A stretch of 64,000 nt of DNA from Phaeosaccion multiseriatum (taxonomy: Eukaryota > Protista > Ochrophyta, other classes). Positions 35,876-47,843 of the stretch are shown here, piece after piece (position 1 is the first letter of the stretch; the number at the start of each line of letters is the position of its first letter). The DNA lies in the NCBI GenBank assembly GCA_965112735.1, contig OZ218959.1, positions 1,240,001-1,304,000 of the forward strand, in the 5' to 3' direction. Below the pieces are notes generated by a model that saw nothing but the letters and a program-made list of their open reading frames with translations, did not search any database and was not told where the DNA came from. The position numbers were made by a program, and so were the translations under genes.

Positions 35876-37022
35876 CTGCGCTGCTCCACCTGCTGGTCAA
35901 GCTCCCGATGGTATGCCACTTGGCTGCTCCTCCTGGCCCTCGCCGCCTCCTCCCCCGCTACTCCCCCGTCATGCATCCCCGACAATCCTGCGCCCTTACC
36001 ACGCGCAGACTCGGGCCCAAAAGGCCCGTTCCCCCCCCCCTCCCCCTGCTGCTGCTGGCTCACGGGGTTGATGCCATCTCCCTCCCACATGGAGCCAATC
36101 CCCGAGCCCCTCCTCCGCTGAGGGCGGCCGCCGTGGGCCCCCATAGCCCCGACCATCCCTCCCTCTCTGTTGTTGCCCCTTCCTCCCTCTTCTTCTGCTC
36201 CTCCTCCTCCGCCCCACATGCCCTTCAGACCCTGCTCCTGCCCCAGACCCACAGCAGAGTCTACAGAGGAGCGACGTCGAGCGTCCATCTTGCCAATCAA
36301 GCCCCGCTCTTCCTGATCTTCTCCTCCTCCTCCTCCTCCTCCTCCTCCTCCTCCTCCTCCTCCTCCTCCTCCTGCTCCGTGCCTGCCGTTTTGGGCGGGC
36401 TGCGGATTGTTGGAAGGTCCGCCCCCTCTTCCCACCGTAAGCCCTCCACCCCCGCCACCACCGCCTCCACCTCCGCCTAGTAGCTCAGATTCGAGCGCCC
36501 TCATCGCATGTTGCACATCGTCGTCGAAGCGGGATGGCACAGGCCCCCTCCCCACCGCCCCGTCCTCCCTCACCCCAGCCTCCCTCTGTCTGGCGGCGTC
36601 TCTTCTCGCCAGCTCAGCGCGCACCTTGGCGTCAAACTCAGGGTCAGTCCCCGGTGCTGGAGGCTGGTACAATCGTTCTTCAGCGTCTGCTGGGGCGTCG
36701 CTGCCTCCGCCCACGGAGGACAGAGGGGCTTTCATCGCACCCAGCCCCGAGGCCGCATCCTGAGAAGCGCTGCCATTGCCGCCCAGGAACGGCCCGGGCC
36801 CACCAGAGGGATTTACTTTAGGGGGCGGACCCATGTGCCTTTGGGTACGCATGGCCCTCTTGCGCTCGTAGACTTTTGAGCAAAGAAGAGGCAAGCAATT
36901 GAGAGAGACAGAGAGAGAGAGAGAGAGGGAAATCTTAGCAGAAAGACAGTTCTTTGCTCTTGATCTGCCTCCCCCAAGCCGCACGCCCGGCCCGCCTCAC
37001 CTTCATCCCTTCGGGACGTCAT
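31170..37022 (-). CDS. Very large low-complexity coiled-coil protein, possibly CSPP1/CCDC66-like (centrosome/cilium), multi-exon
   Basis: A 1377-aa ORF plus flanking exons (MTSRRDE|VYERKRAMR). Repeated motifs AYHRELDQQVEQRRE, EYGQYLRQQAEEQ and ALQEQIADKERRKKEE resemble CSPP1/CCDC66 repeats. The family call and 3' end are uncertain. Confidence 0.55.
32470..32526. repeat. 21-bp intronic tandem repeat CGCACATGGTGACGTCATTCA, about 2.7 copies
   Basis: Directly visible; the full units carry a TGACGTCA palindrome. Confidence 0.9.
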
Positions 37023-37527
37023 ACCAATTTTGCGTCGACCCGCTTGGTCGAACGGGATATCCGAACGGAGATCGCGATTTTGAACAGTCAATTGCCCGTA
37101 CACCTCCAAATGGAAGTTACAGAAACTGGTGGGGGTCTTGTTTCTTCTCGTTGCCGCTTGTTGTAGCGAGAAGAAAGCTGTAGAGGTGCAGGGTTAGGGT
37201 TGAGAGTGGGCACATGAGGAGGTGGGAGCACGCTCGACTGAAGGCCTCCTTTTTCGTCCTTGCGAGGGGGTGAAGAGCACGACAGTGCCGCAACAAGCGA
37301 GAGTCCGGCCCAAACTCATTGAAGATACACGAATAGAAAAAGAAGGAGAGAGGGCGAGGCTGTGGAAGACAAGGAGGTGGGAAGGGAAAAAATTCTCAAT
37401 ACGCGGCAGTGGTGGAGGAGAGCGAGGGGGGTGAAGAGCACGGCAGGAGTGCCGCAGCCAGCGAGGTTTCGGCGGGGGAGACTCGCCGTTGAAGCCGTAT
37501 AGCAACACCGACCAGGCGGCAACACAA

Positions 37528-40500
37528 ATGCCAGTACCAACAACCTCCAAAGAGTCGGGAGAGGGCGGCCCTCCACTGATTTTGAGCTCCTCCTTGCCCG
37601 CTCCCCCGTCACCGAGTCGCGAATCCCTTCGGCCTGCGCCCATCATCACCAGACAGCGCAACGTGCTTTTCAAGCCCAGAAGCAGTCCGTGTTTGAAGGC
37701 CCTTGCTCCTGCCCGCAGGGTGAGAAGCGGGGCCAAGGCTGTAATAGAGGGAGGTGTGCTGGCTGTCGAAGAAGGATACGAAGAACAAGAACAAGAACAA
37801 GAAGAAGAAGTTGAAGAGCACACACATGGCCCTGCTGCGGACGCCATCGACATCAGCAACCAACAACATGCGTGCTTCACCAGGCCCGCGTCCGCGCCAT
37901 CAACGCCCAGGGGCAGGTGCGGTGGAGAAGAGGCGAGGAGTCGCGAGAGCACAAGCGCCCATTCTGACTCGGACGACGCTGCCGCCTGCGTTGTCGTGTG
38001 GAGCAATCACACCAGCCCCATGAATCCCTCCAAGCGCGTCGCTCAGGTACGCCTCATGAACGCCACAAGTAACGACAAATGCCCCGTCCCTCTCTTTTGT
38101 CATCATGACGGCCTACCTTCCAACCTGCGGTGGAGATGCCTGTCTACTGCCACCAAAGCCAAGTGTGGGTGGTAAATGCCGCCGTGACTCGCTGCCTCTG
38201 TGTGTACGAGCGGCGCTGCTGCTCAATGTTTTGTCACCTGGTCTCCCCCCGCTTCGCTTTCGCTCTCTCACAAGCCCACCCCGTGTCGCGATACCTACGT
38301 TTTCCCTCGCATCCTCCTCTGCCTCTGCCTCGGCCCCTGGCCGCTGCCCCTTCCCCTTCCCATTCCCCTGCGCCTTCCCCTGCATGTGCAGATCTCTGCA
38401 GGGGACATCGTCGAGGCTCGATTCGCCGGCAGAGCTCAGCTGTACAAGGGCAGGATCGAATGCGTCGCCACAGTGGCGGAAATCTCCGCTGCTGAGGGGG
38501 CTGATGGCTCGTCCACAGGGAGTCACAGCCATTCGAAGAACCAACTCGGACACCGTATTCAGGTGCGCATTGTAGTACTTTTGGGCCGTTATCTCTCCCG
38601 TGGATAAAGCAAGCTTAGCACCCTCCTATCCGTCTAGAGGGTTTCCGACAGGGTATACTTTGGGGGCCGTCTCTATGATATATGACTAGAAACGTGGTTT
38701 CTCACTCACTCCTCTCATTCACTCACGCACTCACCCACACACTCACGCCGTCTCACTTACGGACGCACTCAGCACACACACTCACGCACCATACACTAAC
38801 TCACTCTCGCACTCACTCACTCACCTCCTGACGCACTCAGCATACACACTCACGTACTCAAGCACCATGCAACCACTCACGCCACGCACTTACCCACTCA
38901 CTCACTGACTCACTCACTCACCCTAACCTATTCCTGATACGGCACCACACCACACAACACAACACAACACAACACAACACCACCACAGTGCACTGTGCGG
39001 TACGACGATGGAGACGTGGAAGAAGGCGTGCCTCTCCGCCGCATTAAGTTACCGGGGCAGAAGGAGCGCCGAGTGCTTCCCCTCCACACGCAGATTGACG
39101 TGAAGGTGCCTGTCCTTCAGTCAGGCTCAAGGGGTACGAGGGTCGCGAGGGACACGGAAGGAGGCAGCAGGGGCGGTGGCGGTCGGAGGGGAGGAGGGCC
39201 TTACAAGAGGGGAGGAAGCCTGCAGTACTCCTACAGGGGTGGGCGCATTTGCGGCAGGAATGCAGAGAAAAACACGTACGACGTCGAGTTGTTCCCTGAT
39301 GCGGACGAAGAGCAACAGTTGGTGATACAGCAGCAGCGGCAGCAGCAACAGCAGCAGCAACAGCAGCAGCAACAGCAGCAGCAACAGCAGCGTGCCTACG
39401 GCGTAGAGCAGGGATGGCAGCAGGGTCAGGGTCAAAGTCAGGATAAGGGTCAGGGAAATCAGCCGCCGCCGTTGGTCATGTCTCCTGGGGGGGCAGAAAG
39501 GCCGACGAGAATAATGCCGTCGGTGCCGTGTGGAGGGCCGGCAAGGGCGTCAGCAGCGGCGTTAGGAGGAGGAGGAGCAGGAGGAGCAGGAGGAGGAGGA
39601 GGAGGAGGAAGAAGAGAAGGAAAGGGAGCACGGAGCGACACAACGAGGAGGACTGCACGAGTCATTCATGTGGGTGCAGTCTGAGTAAACTTGGCTTCTC
39701 TCCTTCCTTCCTTCCTTCCTTCCTTCCTTCCTTCCTTCCTTCCTTCCTTCCTTCCTTCCTTCCTTCCTTCCTTCCTTCCTTCCTTCCTTCCTTCCTTCCT
39801 TCCTTCCTTCCTTCCTTCCTTCCTTCCTTCCTTCCTTCCTCCCTCCCTCCCTTCTTTCCTTCCTTGCTTCCTTCCTTCTTTCTTACTTCCTTGCTTCCTT
39901 CCTTCCTTCCTGGCTGGCTGGCTGGCTGGCTCACTGGCTGGCTGGCTGGCTGACTGACCTTCTCCCTCCCTTCCTTCATTCCATTCTTCCTCCCTCCCTC
40001 CCTCCCTCCCTCCCCCCCTCCCTCCCTCCCTCCCTCCCTCATGCACAGGATATCCCACGTGTGCGCATCCTCGGGCCTTACTCGTTTCCACCCCTCCCTC
40101 GCGTTCGTCGCGCCACTCCATGGAAGACAAGCCTCTCCGACCAGCCCCAGCCCAAGCCCCAGGAGTTGGTGATACAGCAGCAACAACAGCAGCAGCGAGA
40201 CGCAGGAGCGTATGACGGAGCGGAAATAAGTCGGTCTGAGCAAAGTGCCAGGGCAAAGGCGAAGGGTGGTACCTCGAGTAGCGGGGGGCCCTCCTATTCG
40301 AACGGGACAGACAGACGCACGCGCGGGGAAGAGACACGCACACCTGCAGATGCAGGAGAGGGTGGCTATTTGAGCTGCGCCACACACCGGTCGTCGCCAT
40401 CGCTGGGCCTCACTCCTGGGGCCACACCGGACAGCAGGGCCTCGAGTACCCGTACGACACTTGCTGGGAGTGCTGAGGCACCAACAGACAGCGCGACAGC

Positions 40501-42874
40501 AGGGGCGGGGAGGGGCTGTATCAGCAGTCATATAGACAGCAATTGCGAAGAGCGGGCGGCGAGCCACAAGGTGGAAAAGGAGGCGGAGGAGCAGCAAAAG
40601 AAGGAGGAGGAGGAGGAGGAGGAGGAGGAGGAGGAGGGGGTGAAGACCTGTGCAGTGGCGGTACTTGGTCTGGGAGGCGCGGGAAAGACCACGACTTTGG
40701 CTGTACTACACGGGGAGGGACGTCATCGCCACACTGAAGGACGACGACGACGACGAGGAGGAGGAGGAGGAGCAGGAGCAGGAGGAGGAGGAGGAGGGGG
40801 AGGGGTTCATACCAGTCCACCACCGACGATGGGGTTTAAACCGATGGTTTCGATGCATCAGAACGGTCAGTTGCAGGTGTGTTTCTTTGACTTGGGGGGT
40901 GGGGACGAGATACGAGGCATCTGGCCCAACTACTACCACGACTGCCACGCGGTGGTGTTTGTGGTGGAGGAAGAGGAAGAGGAGGAGGAGGAGGACCTCC
41001 ACCAAGAGGAGGAGGAGGAGGAGGAGGAGGAGGAGGTGGAGGAGGGAGAGGAGGAGGAGGAGGAGGACGAGGAGGAGGAGGAGGAGGAGGAGGAGGAGGA
41101 GGAGGAGGAGGAGGAGGAGGAGGAGGAGGAGGAGGAGGAGGAGGAGGAGGAGGAGGAGGAGGAGGAGGAGGAGGAGGGGGAGGTGGAGGAGGGAGAGGAG
41201 GACGAGGAGGAGGAGGAGGAGGAGGGCATCGCACCTTTTGTAAGACACTCTGCGACGGCGAGGGTCGAGAGAGGGCTTCGTCACTCACAGAAGGCGAGGC
41301 GGGTGCTGGATGAGGTGTTGGCACACCCCTTTTTGACTGAGAAGCCCTTGCTGCTCCTGTTCAATCGGAAGAGAAAGAGCGCAGGTGAGGGCGTTTGTAG
41401 GAGTAGAAGTAGAAGTAGTGATGGTGGCAGAATTTGTAGTAGTAATAGAGCTAGTGGTAGCATCGTTGCTTCGAGGCGGCGCAAGAGGAAACTAGGAGCA
41501 CCCCCCGGGGTCCAATCCCCAGGGGAAGGCTTGTCCTCAAAGGCAGCGGCAGCAGCAACGGCAGCAGGAGCAACAGTTGGTGATACAACAGTAGTAGCAG
41601 GAGTAGCAGGAGCAGGAGCAGCAGTTGGCGATACAGCGTCAGCAGCGGTATCGGAGGAGAGAGCGCGGAGGGAGAGGCCCCTGCAGCTGCCGAGGGACAC
41701 TCAGGTGCTGTGCATTGACGTGCTCCAACAGCAGCATCAGAGTCGCGAGAAGCAAGAAGACAGGCAGCACGAAAGGGAGAGTCAGGGCCAAGAAGAAGGG
41801 GATGAAGAAGAGGAACAAGTAGAACAAGCACTGCAACCACCAACGCAACAACAGCAACAAGGAGGAGGAGGAGGAGGAGGAGGAGGAGGAGGAGGAGGAG
41901 TAGGAGGAGTAGGAGGAGGAGCCGAAGGAGGAGGTGGAGGAAGCGGTATGAATGCGCTGGAGGAGGGGGTCAGGCGCCTGCTGGAGCGGGTTATGGAGCG
42001 GTACACAGAGCTGGAGGAGAGGGTGCGAGTCGATTCGGCAGCGATGAAAGAGACCTTTGCGCAGAGAAGGAGGGACAAAGAGCTGGGGGTGCTCAGAGAC
42101 GGGCTGAGGAGGAGAGCCTGGAGGGAGAGGCGACGGATGCGACGGCAGCAGTCCGACCTGCAGCAGCACAGCGGTGCTAGGGCGAACACGGAAGGCGGAG
42201 GGAAGGCGGAGGCGGAGGAGGAGGAGGAGGAGGAGGAGGAGGAGGAGGAGGAGGAGGAGGAGGAGCCGATGCCGACCTGCTGTCTGTCGCAGTCCGAGGG
42301 CTTGACCTTCCTGGCGGAGGAGGTGGGCCTGTCATCGTCTGCCGAGCTGTTGAGTGCCCAGCCCGAGGCCCTCGTTGTCGCCTCTCTGTTGGGATTTGAG
42401 AAGATCTGCCTGCAGATATGCGGCAGCTTGGTGGCGCCTGTGTTCAGGGGCCGAGAAGCGCTCTCTTGGTCCTCGCTTGAGGCCCTCGTGCAGCGTCTTA
42501 AAAGCGAGGTTGAGGAGGAGGAGGAGGAGGAGGAGGAGGAGGAGGAGGAGGAGGAGGAGGAGGGGGGGGGGGTCCTGCTCGAGAAGCATTCCTGTCAGCA
42601 GCGTCAGCCGCCTCAGCCTCAGTCGCACGGCCGGAGAGCTATAGCTGGTACAGGTGGTGGTGATAGAGACGGTGGAAGTGGTGGTGGTGATAGAGACGGT
42701 GGAAGTGGTGGTGGTGATAGAGACGGTGGAAGTGGTGGTGGTGATAGAGACGGTGGAAGTGGTGGTGGTGGCGATGCGGCGGTCGACGAAGGGGGTTCCA
42801 GCCACTCTCCTCCTCTGTCCTCCTCCTCCTCGTCATCTTCTACAGCTCCGGTGAGCAGCCACGAGGCTGCTTGA
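37528..42874 (+). CDS. Tandem Tudor-like domains fused to an ARL13-like small GTPase; exons about 37528-38046, 38392-38562, 38989-39669 and 40049-42874
   Basis: Tudor GDIVEARFAGRAQLYKGRI..|CTVRYDDGDVEEGVP; second Tudor-like YRGGRI..TYDVEL..VIH|DIPRVRI; G domain LGLGGAGKTT, PTMGF, FFDLGGGDEIRGIWPNYY (Gly in place of the catalytic Gln, an ARL13 signature), KPLLLLFN. All introns are phase 0. Confidence 0.72.
42654..42770 (+). repeat. 27-bp coding tandem repeat (GGGDRDGGS), 4 copies
   Basis: GGTGGTGGTGATAGAGACGGTGGAAGT tandem, directly visible. Confidence 0.95.
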
Positions 42875-43046
42875 AGCCCTCGCAGGAGTAAGGCAGTGAC
42901 TGGAGAGGAGCAAGCTTGTATATATGTATATAATATCTATTCGACTTTTTTTCGACACCCTTCCATGCACAACCAAGCCACCTCCACCCCTTCATGGTCT
43001 GCCTTCGTATTCGGCCGAGACCCCACCCTTCTGTGTCCACAGTTCA

Positions 43047-44847
43047 CTAGACCGGGCCCCTGCGTCCCACACCTCCTGCTCTTCTGCCCCCTCCTCCGCC
43101 CCCCATCTCTCCCCTGAATTGGCGGCGGTCCCTCCTCCTGTTGCTCTGATTTCCGCCTCCCCTTACGATGTTGGTGCTCGGCCCTGTTGGTGCTCCTGTA
43201 CCACCAACTGCTGCTGGTGCTGTTGCTGCTGCTGCTGCTGCTGCTGCATCACCAGCTGCCCCCCCTGCCCCGCCTCCACTCTGCTTCCCCTCGATCTCGT
43301 CCATGATTGAATCGATATCGTCAGCGGCACCCGCCGCCACAGCTTTGCCCTCTGCCCCTCCCCCTCCCCCTGCTCCTCCTCCTCCTCCTCCTCCCCCGCC
43401 TCCTCCTCCTCCCTCTCCTCCTCCTCCCTCTCCTCCTCCCCCTTCAATGCTGTTGTTCTGCCGAGCAACCTGCCTCTCCACGAGCTTGGCATACACACCT
43501 TCCTTGGCCAGGAGGGCAGTGTGAGTCCCTGACTCCACCAACCTTCCCTTGTCCAGCACCGCAATCTTATCGGCATTGATCACCGTCGACAAGCGGTGTG
43601 CCACAAGAACAATGGTCGTGTGCCCCCCTCCCCCCCGCCCCCCCTCTTGCATAAGGCCGTCTAGCGCCTTCTGCACCTGTGCTTCGCTCTCCGCGTCCAG
43701 CGCAGAGGTAGCCTCGTCCAGCAGCAAGATACGTGGCCTTCTCAACAGGGCCCTTGCGATGGCGATGCGTTGCTTCTGCCCGCCGCTGATGCGGATGCCT
43801 CGCTCGCCCACCCGTGTGGCGTATGCGTCTGGGAATCCCATGATGAAGTCGTGGGCGCAAGCTTTCTTAGCGCAGGCAATCACATCGGCTTCGGTCCACG
43901 TGCCCTCCTCGAGGCCATACGTAATATTCTCGATGATGGAGTTGCCGAACAGCTGCGCACGCACACACATGCACATGTGTGTGTACACATACACAACAGG
44001 AGTGGTAGTAAGAGCGCCGCAGCAGTGTGTTCCCCGACGTCCCTATCTTCTAATCACTAACCACCAGAGGCTGTTCAAGAGGGCCACGCATCAAACACAT
44101 CACACCCACACACACACGCTTACACACACCCACACCCACACCCACACCCACACACGCACCCACACACACACCCATACGCACCCACACACCCACACACCCA
44201 CACACACCCACACACACACGCACACGCACCTGCGTGTCTTGCGAAACAAGGGCCATCTCTCTATGCACGCTCTTTAGCTGGAGGTCCCCGAGGGGGCATC
44301 CGTCTATACGAATGACCCCGGTGTGGGGGTCGTAGAAGCGGAGGAGGAGGTGAATGATCGTGCTCTTGCCGCCCCCACTTCGCCCCACGAGGGCACACGT
44401 GGAGCCCGCAGGGATGTCCAGACTGAGTGCGCTGAGCACTTGGTGGTCGGGGCGCATTTGGTAGGCGAAGGATACGTCTGTGAGCGTGATTTCGCCTCTC
44501 ATGTTGGGGAGAGGGAAGCCCGCGTTGACGTCGATGTCGGGGAGGGAGTCCATGAGAGTGAATACCCTGAGGGAGGGAGGGATTGGAGGGATTGGAGGGA
44601 TTGGAGGAAGGGATTGGAGGAAGGGAAAGAGGGAGGGAGGGAGGGAGGGAGGGAGGGAGGGAGAGAGGGAGGGAGGGGGGGAGGGGGGGAGGGAGGGAGT
44701 GACGGAGGGATGGGAGAGAGGGAGGGAGGAAGGGAGGGATGGGAGGGAGGGACGGATGGGAGGGAGGGAGGGAGGAAGGGATGGGAGGGAGGGACGCACG
44801 GGAGGGAGGGAGGGAGGGCAGAGAGGCAAGTGCAGCAGCACGAGGGC

Positions 44848-44912
<65 letters not shown>

Positions 44913-47810
44913 GGAGGAGGAGGAGGGTGGGGAGGGGGTTAAGAAGGGGAACGGTGGTGGGGATAGCAGTGGATAGCGGGGTATATGCTCGTCTCGACAC
45001 AGGGCCCGGCCTTCAACCACTTGAAGGTGTATGGCCTCTGCACACCCTCACTCAGAGGGGCAGGCAGGCAGCAGAATAAGTCAACTAACAACCTTCAGCT
45101 GGCGACTACTGTGGGCTACAAACCTCTGGGCCGCGCCTGCCGCTCGTGTAAACTGCGTCACGATATTGATCAAGCCGCTGTAGGCGCTGTTGAGCATGCC
45201 CCAGTACAGCTGGTATGTGATGAGCTTGCCCACGCTCAGGCGGTCACCTCCCTCCATGGCTAGAGAGCCTCCGTACCAGAGAATGAGGACTCCCGCAATC
45301 TTTGATTGGGTGAGTAAGGGAGTGAGGGAGTGAGAAAGTGAGGGAGTGAGTGAGTGAGTGAGTGAGTGAGTGAGGGTTGAGTGTGCTCGTGAGGGAGTGA
45401 GTGGTGCGCAACACCAAGACAAGACGAGGGACACCCACGATGTCGTCTAAGCAACATAGACAGCTCAGCTACAGACTTGGACAGCTGCGTGTATGCCACT
45501 CACGAGGTCTAGGTAGTTGTTGATGCAGTAGCTGCCCGCCCCTCCGATGGCGTCAAGCACACCCTTGGCCAAGGCCACGGCTGTAGCAGACTCGTACAGG
45601 TTGATCTCCTGATGAGATGACATGAGTCGTTAATGATATGAGGTGAGGTTAGATGAGGATAGCCAATCCTCAAGTCGTTGAGTCGTTGAGTCACTGATCA
45701 CTGAAAGCATGTAACGCACGCACGCACTCACGCCCGCCCGCTCGCACGCACCATTTGCTCAGTGCTGAAGGCCTTAACGGTCCTGATGTTAACGAGCGCC
45801 TCCGTGGCCATACCGTTGGCTTCTGCAAGCGCCGCGAAGATGGAGCGGTTCAGGGAGCGGCTCCACGTGGCGTACATCTGGGAGAGGGCACAAATGGCAG
45901 CAGACGGCACAAAAGGGCAGAGAGGGCACACACACGCCCGGGGCGGGGGAAATGTGAGCGGGTTGGGGGCAAAGTGAAGGGGTTGGGGGCATGGTTGAGT
46001 TCAAGAGAAGGTGATACGCCGACCTTCCCTTCCCCTTGCTCTCCCCCCCCCCCCCCTCTCCCTCCCTCTCCCTCCCTCTCTCTCTCTCACCTGCGTGATG
46101 GTCATAACCGGCCCCACGGTGGTGAAGGCAAGCATGGAGAGGCGCCACGACGTGTAAAAGCACATGGCAATGCCCCCCACCAACAGGATGGTGTTGGAGA
46201 ACAACGTGCCAAGCACACTCGTCATGGGGGACACCATCTGGCTCACATCCGTGCCCAACCTCGAGGTCAGACTACCGCTGCTGTTCCCGTCAAAGAAGGC
46301 AACGTCCTGACTGATGATGCCTCGGAAGAGCTTGTTCCGCGCACTGTTAGCCATGCGGCGCCCAATGATTAAAAAGCACAGCCTCTGTAGCCCACCCACC
46401 GCCCCCGTCGCCATATTGAGCCCGAGGAAAAGCAAGATGTTCTCTCGAAAGGCGCTTTTGTCTGCTCGCACTACGCTGTCGAGGATGGCCCCTTGGAAGT
46501 TGGGGAGGGACAGAGAGGCAGCGTTGTTGAGTGCCAGACAGCCCAGGGCGGCGACGCAGAGCTTCCACTGGGGCCGGGCGAGGGAGAGACTGCGGCGGAA
46601 GTAGCCCATGGTGGTGACGGTTACTTCCTCGCGAACGCCCTTGTCGCCCCGCATTACTGTGGTAACGCACGCACGTACGGACACGCACACACACGCACAC
46701 ACACGCGCGCACGCGCGCACACACGCACACACACACACGCATCGTACGACAAGGGCGAGTGTGAGAACGCACGAAGTGTTTGCTGTCACGCGACTGATGG
46801 ACACAGCAAAGCGACCTTGCCCCTCAACGACTGTCGGATCAACGGCAAGGCCTTGCCCCTCAACGACAATCATATCACCGAGAGCTCTGATACTCTGCCC
46901 CTTTGGGCACATACACAGCATTTCCCTCCCCCTCTCTTCCCTTCCCATCCACTCTCCGACGCCGCCTGTCTGCTCCCCCGCTGCCCCCTCCCTCCTGCCC
47001 ATGAACACGATACGCCTTTCTCTACTCCCCTCATCTGATCTCTCTTCTGTCTCACCTCCCTCCAGCGTGCGTTTGTCGCTCCTGTGGAAGCACGCGCTGC
47101 AGAGGTCAAAGTCGCAGAGTTTGCACCGGAAAGACTTCTGCTTCGGCCCCTTGGGGCCCTTCTTTGCGCTTTCTTCCTTCAGGGGGTCCTCTGTACCGCC
47201 ATTTGTTGAAGCACTATCATCCAGGGCTCCGTTCGAAGTCGGCCCCTGGCTGCTGCCGCTGTCCCCGTTAGCAGCGCCTGTGTCGGCACCGCCCCCTTTG
47301 GCGTGCTTGGCACTGCCACTGCTACTGCTGCTACTGCTGCTACTGCTGGTGTTGGTGCTCTGCTTCTTGATGCGCTGGCCGCATACTGAGAAGGGGGAAC
47401 AAAGTGTGGACAAGAGGGGGGCAGACGGACGTGTTCGTCAATCTCGGACAACACAGGGCGCACCCCCCTCCCTTTCGCACTCCTCCATGGCGTATGCCTC
47501 CCCTCCTCACTTCACTTGTTCACTGGAGTCACTGGACTGATACATCAAAGACTGACACCCAATCCATTCATTCCCCTATCACCCCTCCCGCCCCTCTCTT
47601 CCCTTCTCCCCCCCTCCTCCCATCCCCTCTCCTCCACTCCCTCACTCACCATCGCACCAGTGCCCATCCATGAGCTTCACAGGGTGCAGGCGATGAGGGT
47701 GCAGCGTGGGACTGAAGAAGCTCTGCTCCTTGGTGCCCTCCATGACGAGCTCACGCATGCACCACGCCAGCAAGTTCATCCACAGAACCGCCAGCCCCAT
47801 TAGAGGACCC

Positions 47811-47843
<33 letters not shown>

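Noticed and set aside
37190-37201. AGGGTTAGGGTT telomere-like motif
   Set aside because: Only two units; compatible with chance or a branch-point-like CTAAC on the minus strand.
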